IMG/VR virus record: IMGVR_UViG_3300012663_000751
Location: 1 to 26,834 of that record
Origin: a virus
Taxonomy: Duplodnaviria > Caudoviricetes
DNA: 26,834 bases
Direction: 5' to 3' (one strand)
Shown here: one piece after another, positions 24,385 through 26,834 of the stretch
Numbering within the stretch: position 1 is the stretch's first letter
Layout: every line of letters starts with the position of its first letter
Notes under the pieces: generated by a model
Seen by the model: only the letters and a program-made list of their open reading frames with translations
The model's database searches: none
Told to the model about the DNA's origin: nothing
Position numbers and translations under genes: made by a program

Positions 24385-24397
24385 AGTTAAAAGCGGC
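24385..24397 (-). promoter_or_regulatory. GCCGCTTTTAACT repeated motif
   Basis: 23 nt upstream of ATG 24361. Confidence 0.7.
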
Positions 24398-24419
24398 CTA
24401 AGTATTGTGGGTCTGTAGT

Positions 24420-24448
24420 AAAAAAGAAAAGCAGAATTACTCTGCTTT
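24420..24448 (-). terminator. Terminator with stop codon in GTAA loop
   Basis: AAAGCAGA-GTAA-TTCTGCTTT followed by TCTTTTTT. Confidence 0.75.
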
Positions 24449-24610
24449 ATCTTTTAACACACACAGCTCAAAGAATATGTACTCACCTGCAGTTGAGGTC
24501 TTGTACTTCTTAAGCTTGCCAATGGTGATCCATTGGTTGATTGTCTGTTGCATCTTGGTCAGAGTTTCTGAATCAGTAACCAAGATTGCTTTGAATATTA
24601 CTTTGTGCAT
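24437..24610 (-). CDS. Small hypothetical protein (57 aa)
   Basis: ATG 24610 (MHKVIFK); first gene after the strand divergence. Confidence 0.7.
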   Translation of the reverse strand: MHKVIFKAILVTDSETLTKMQQTINQWITIGKLKKYKTSTAGEYIFFELCVLKDKAE

Positions 24611-24636
24611 ACAAATCAATTTAAAAGTTCAAGAAC

Positions 24637-24649
24637 AGTTAAAAGCGGC
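24637..24649 (-). promoter_or_regulatory. GCCGCTTTTAACT repeated motif
   Basis: 26 nt upstream of ATG 24610. Confidence 0.7.
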
Positions 24650-24719
24650 AGCAAGTTTTTCCACAGGAATAAAATCTTCCTTCTGCTGTCTGTTTTCAGG
24701 TTGGTCCTCAGAATTCATA

Positions 24720-24779
24720 GGGGGTACCCACCCAGCTCCGCCACCCCGGGGGGTGCTGCGCTAATGGGTCACCTCCCCC
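24720..24779. other. GC-rich imperfect long hairpin at strand-divergence point
   Basis: GGGGG-T-ACCCA...CACCCC/GGGGTG...TGGGT-CACCT-CCCCC in an otherwise AT-rich sequence. Confidence 0.55.
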
Positions 24780-24913
24780 TCTTATATATCCCAAAACCCA
24801 TCCCGTAGTTTATTCTAAAATTTATCCCTACCTTTACCATGCTACAGGTAGATTGCCCTGGGGGGTTTTCTTTTCATTTGTTCCCCCTGGGGTAATCACA
24901 TAATAAATTGGAT

Positions 24914-25546
24914 ATGGCATATATAGAACACAACTTTTTTCCCCTTAAAGTATTTGTTAGAAATGAGTATATGTACCAACATACAAAAGGGCACGGAGAA
25001 TTTACCCCGGGGGTTATTATATCAGTAAGGTGTATGCCAGGGCAAGCTGCGTTATTTCAAGTACTCTTAGAGAATGGTGTACTCCGGGATAAACTGCCAA
25101 GTCATGCACTACTCCATGAGCCAGAGATGCCTAGCCCAGATTTACCTTTTCACTATCTTCAGATATGGAACTGTTTTTCTTATAACTTTACTTTACTTCA
25201 CTTATCGTATTTGTATGATACCAGAGTAGAGGTCTATATGAAAGATCATAAGTTCTACCCGGGTAGTTATTATGGTACGATCAACTGGGGGTCTAATGAT
25301 CCTAACACAGATCTATCACTAGCAGAAGATCCACTAGAGCATAAGAGCCACCACATCATTTTACTTGACAATGGTCAGATAGCGTTGCAACCTAATAACC
25401 GGATCAAGTGGTCAGAGCCTAGCTTTGTGACTAAACCATTCCCAGAGAAACCAGATTACTTAGTTAACAAAGACTATTATAACTGTGAGGGCTTTGAGAA
25501 ATGGAGTACAGAAGATTCTGAGAGAATGTTCTATGATAATGAATAA
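24914..25546 (+). CDS. Conserved phage hypothetical protein
   Basis: MAYIEHN...VRNEYMY...KLPSHAL...QIWNCFSY...EHKSHH...LDNGQIALQPNNRI, a widespread phage pattern. Confidence 0.85.
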   Translation: MAYIEHNFFPLKVFVRNEYMYQHTKGHGEFTPGVIISVRCMPGQAALFQVLLENGVLRDKLPSHALLHEPEMPSPDLPFHYLQIWNCFSYNFTLLHLSYLYDTRVEVYMKDHKFYPGSYYGTINWGSNDPNTDLSLAEDPLEHKSHHIILLDNGQIALQPNNRIKWSEPSFVTKPFPEKPDYLVNKDYYNCEGFEKWSTEDSERMFYDNE

Positions 25547-25558
25547 TTTGTATATTAT
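25547..25558 (+). promoter_or_regulatory. TTTGTATATTAT putative promoter
   Basis: Identical to 4209-4220; 17 nt upstream of ATG 25576. Confidence 0.45.
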
Positions 25559-25575
25559 ATTAAAACTAATATACT

Positions 25576-25710
25576 ATGGCAAAGGCAAAAGAAGGCTTTA
25601 ATAAGCTAGAGAAGAAGAAGACTTCTCGTCCGGGTGTACATGCAAAGAGCAAAACATCTAAACTTAAAAGTTCTAAGAAGTATAAGAAGTTGTACAGAGG
25701 GCAGGGATAA
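25576..25710 (+). CDS. Small basic protein ending YRGQG (44 aa)
   Basis: Manual: MAKAKEGFNKLEKKKTSRPGVHAKSKTSKLKSSKKYKKLYRGQG. Confidence 0.8.
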   Translation: MAKAKEGFNKLEKKKTSRPGVHAKSKTSKLKSSKKYKKLYRGQG

Positions 25711-25771
25711 CGTGTCTTTAAAAGTACAATACAGTACCTATTTGATACTTATATAACAACTTACAGTTTTT

Positions 25772-25800
25772 AAACCCCTCACACAGAGGGGTTTTTTATT
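25772..25800 (+). terminator. Rho-independent terminator
   Basis: AAACCCCTC-ACACA-GAGGGGTTT followed by TTTATT. Confidence 0.8.
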
Positions 25801-25825
25801 TAGAAAAGTTTTTTATATTTGTGCT

Positions 25826-26077
25826 ATGGCACAATTGTTTAAAACCAAACCACTTATGATAGAGGCCATTCAATGGAATGGAAATAATCATTTGGAAGTT
25901 ATGGACTTTTGTGACACTTGTTATTTTACAACTCATGGTCATGTTAAAGATCTTTTATTAGATCCCACAGAAAACAATGAAGTTGTTTGTCTTAATGACT
26001 TTATAGTAAGAACAGTAACAGGTAAATATATGGCATATACACCTCAAGATTTTATAAAAACTTTTGAGAATGTATGA
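25826..26077 (+). CDS. Conserved small phage protein (KPxxIEAIQW family)
   Basis: FKTKPLMIEAIQWNGNN...DFIV...FIKTFE; TATATTTG box at 25814-25821. Confidence 0.8.
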   Translation: MAQLFKTKPLMIEAIQWNGNNHLEVMDFCDTCYFTTHGHVKDLLLDPTENNEVVCLNDFIVRTVTGKYMAYTPQDFIKTFENV

Positions 26078-26448
26078 CAACACAACAGTTGGACATATGG
26101 CGCAAACTAACAGCTGAGTCAGAAACCAACTTGGAAGCACGTATTAAATTTGATAAATATATGGAAGAACAACAAGAAGGAATGGTAGGGATTAGAGAAG
26201 TAAGAATCCCTACATTTGGAGAACAATTAGTTGGATTAGATTTTAATCCAAGTGGAGATGCAGATGTACATAGAGTAAAAGAATTAGCAGCAGAGATGGC
26301 TGAGATTCTAAAGCGCAGATACTCTGAGGATAAAAGAACTCCAGTAAAAAGTCTTTTATTTGATCATGCAGTAGGAGAGATTCTTAATGCTCAAATGAAT
26401 GTAGTTAAAGTAATCACAATGAACCCAAAAGAAAATGAAACCATTTAA
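26074..26448 (+). CDS. Acb2/Tad1-like helical-hairpin protein (candidate nucleotide-signal sponge)
   Basis: TFGEQLVGLDFNPSG...VHRVKELAA...AVGEILNAQMNVVKVIT. Confidence 0.55.
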   Translation: MTTQQLDIWRKLTAESETNLEARIKFDKYMEEQQEGMVGIREVRIPTFGEQLVGLDFNPSGDADVHRVKELAAEMAEILKRRYSEDKRTPVKSLLFDHAVGEILNAQMNVVKVITMNPKENETI

Positions 26449-26728
26449 AACATTAAGAGGAAGAGCAATCTTATTAGACCTTCCAAAAAGAAAAGAGTCT
26501 GTAATTCAGTTAAGTGCTAAGGATGAAGAAGCAATGATGGCTGATGCAGTAAAAATGTGGAATAAACTAACTGTGTTTGCAGTAGGTGATAAAGTAGAAG
26601 AGGTAGCTGTAGGAGACCAAGTCTATGTACGCACCAGTGCACTAAACATGGAAGTAGTAGAGCGCATTGATATTGATGGAGAAGTTAAACTAGTCCTTAC
26701 TGAAGGAGATGTTGTTATAGTATGGTAA
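26435..26728 (+). CDS. GroES-like co-chaperonin
   Basis: LRGRAILL...VFAVGDKVEEVAVGDQVYV...IDGEVKLVLTEGDV. Confidence 0.75.
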   Translation: MKPFKTLRGRAILLDLPKRKESVIQLSAKDEEAMMADAVKMWNKLTVFAVGDKVEEVAVGDQVYVRTSALNMEVVERIDIDGEVKLVLTEGDVVIVW

Positions 26729-26834
26729 ACTTTAGTCAAGAAAGTGAAGAACAGTACAAAAAAGTTGCTTGTTCTAAAACGGAGATCAGTGGCACTCCAC
26801 TTGATGTATCTAATAGGGTTATTATTGTTAATGA
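26722..26834 (+). CDS. Partial ORF running off the window
   Basis: MVNFSQESEEQYKKVACSKTEISGTPLDVSNRVIIVN...; overlaps the GroES stop. Confidence 0.5.
   Translation, partial: MVNFSQESEEQYKKVACSKTEISGTPLDVSNRVIIVN

Noticed and set aside
24405-24808. Plus-strand ORFs 24405-24764 and 24605-24808
   Set aside because: They overlap a gene with its own motif and terminator plus the GC hairpins, and have no protein-like features.
25958-26140. Minus-strand 60-aa ORF
   Set aside because: Antisense to two coupled plus-strand genes.

Overview
AT-rich, gene-dense fragment of a tailed phage, most likely infecting Bacteroidota and resembling Crassvirales (inferred from gene content, A/U-rich leaders without obvious Shine-Dalgarno sites and TAnnTTTG promoter boxes). 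From 1 to about 24,610 nearly all genes are on the minus strand: a replication/repair/nucleotide block (AAA_24/Sak4-like ATPase, DnaB-like helicase, uracil-DNA glycosylase, SplB-like radical SAM, ThyX, SF2 helicase, ParB-like, HNH, ClpS-like), many small accessory genes, tRNA-Arg(UCU) and a run of self-contained early-type genes. After a GC-rich hairpin divergence point (about 24,650-24,900) genes switch to the plus strand and include an Acb2/Tad1-like candidate and a GroES-like protein. Three signals are not explained by routine annotation. (1) A 260-nt structured ncRNA candidate (20003-20262) with a 22-bp closing helix and a G at every 6th nucleotide for 12 units, directly downstream of a 303-aa coiled-coil gene. 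(2) An array of tiny gene cassettes (9603-11313) joined by 11 copies of a stop/start junction repeat, TTTAAACAACAAGAACAATGA. (3) A 13-bp motif (GCCGCTTTTAACT) repeated five times at the head of early-type modules. Two similar H-type pseudoknots also sit about 30 nt upstream of start codons. Family assignments come from motif recognition only; no searches were run.
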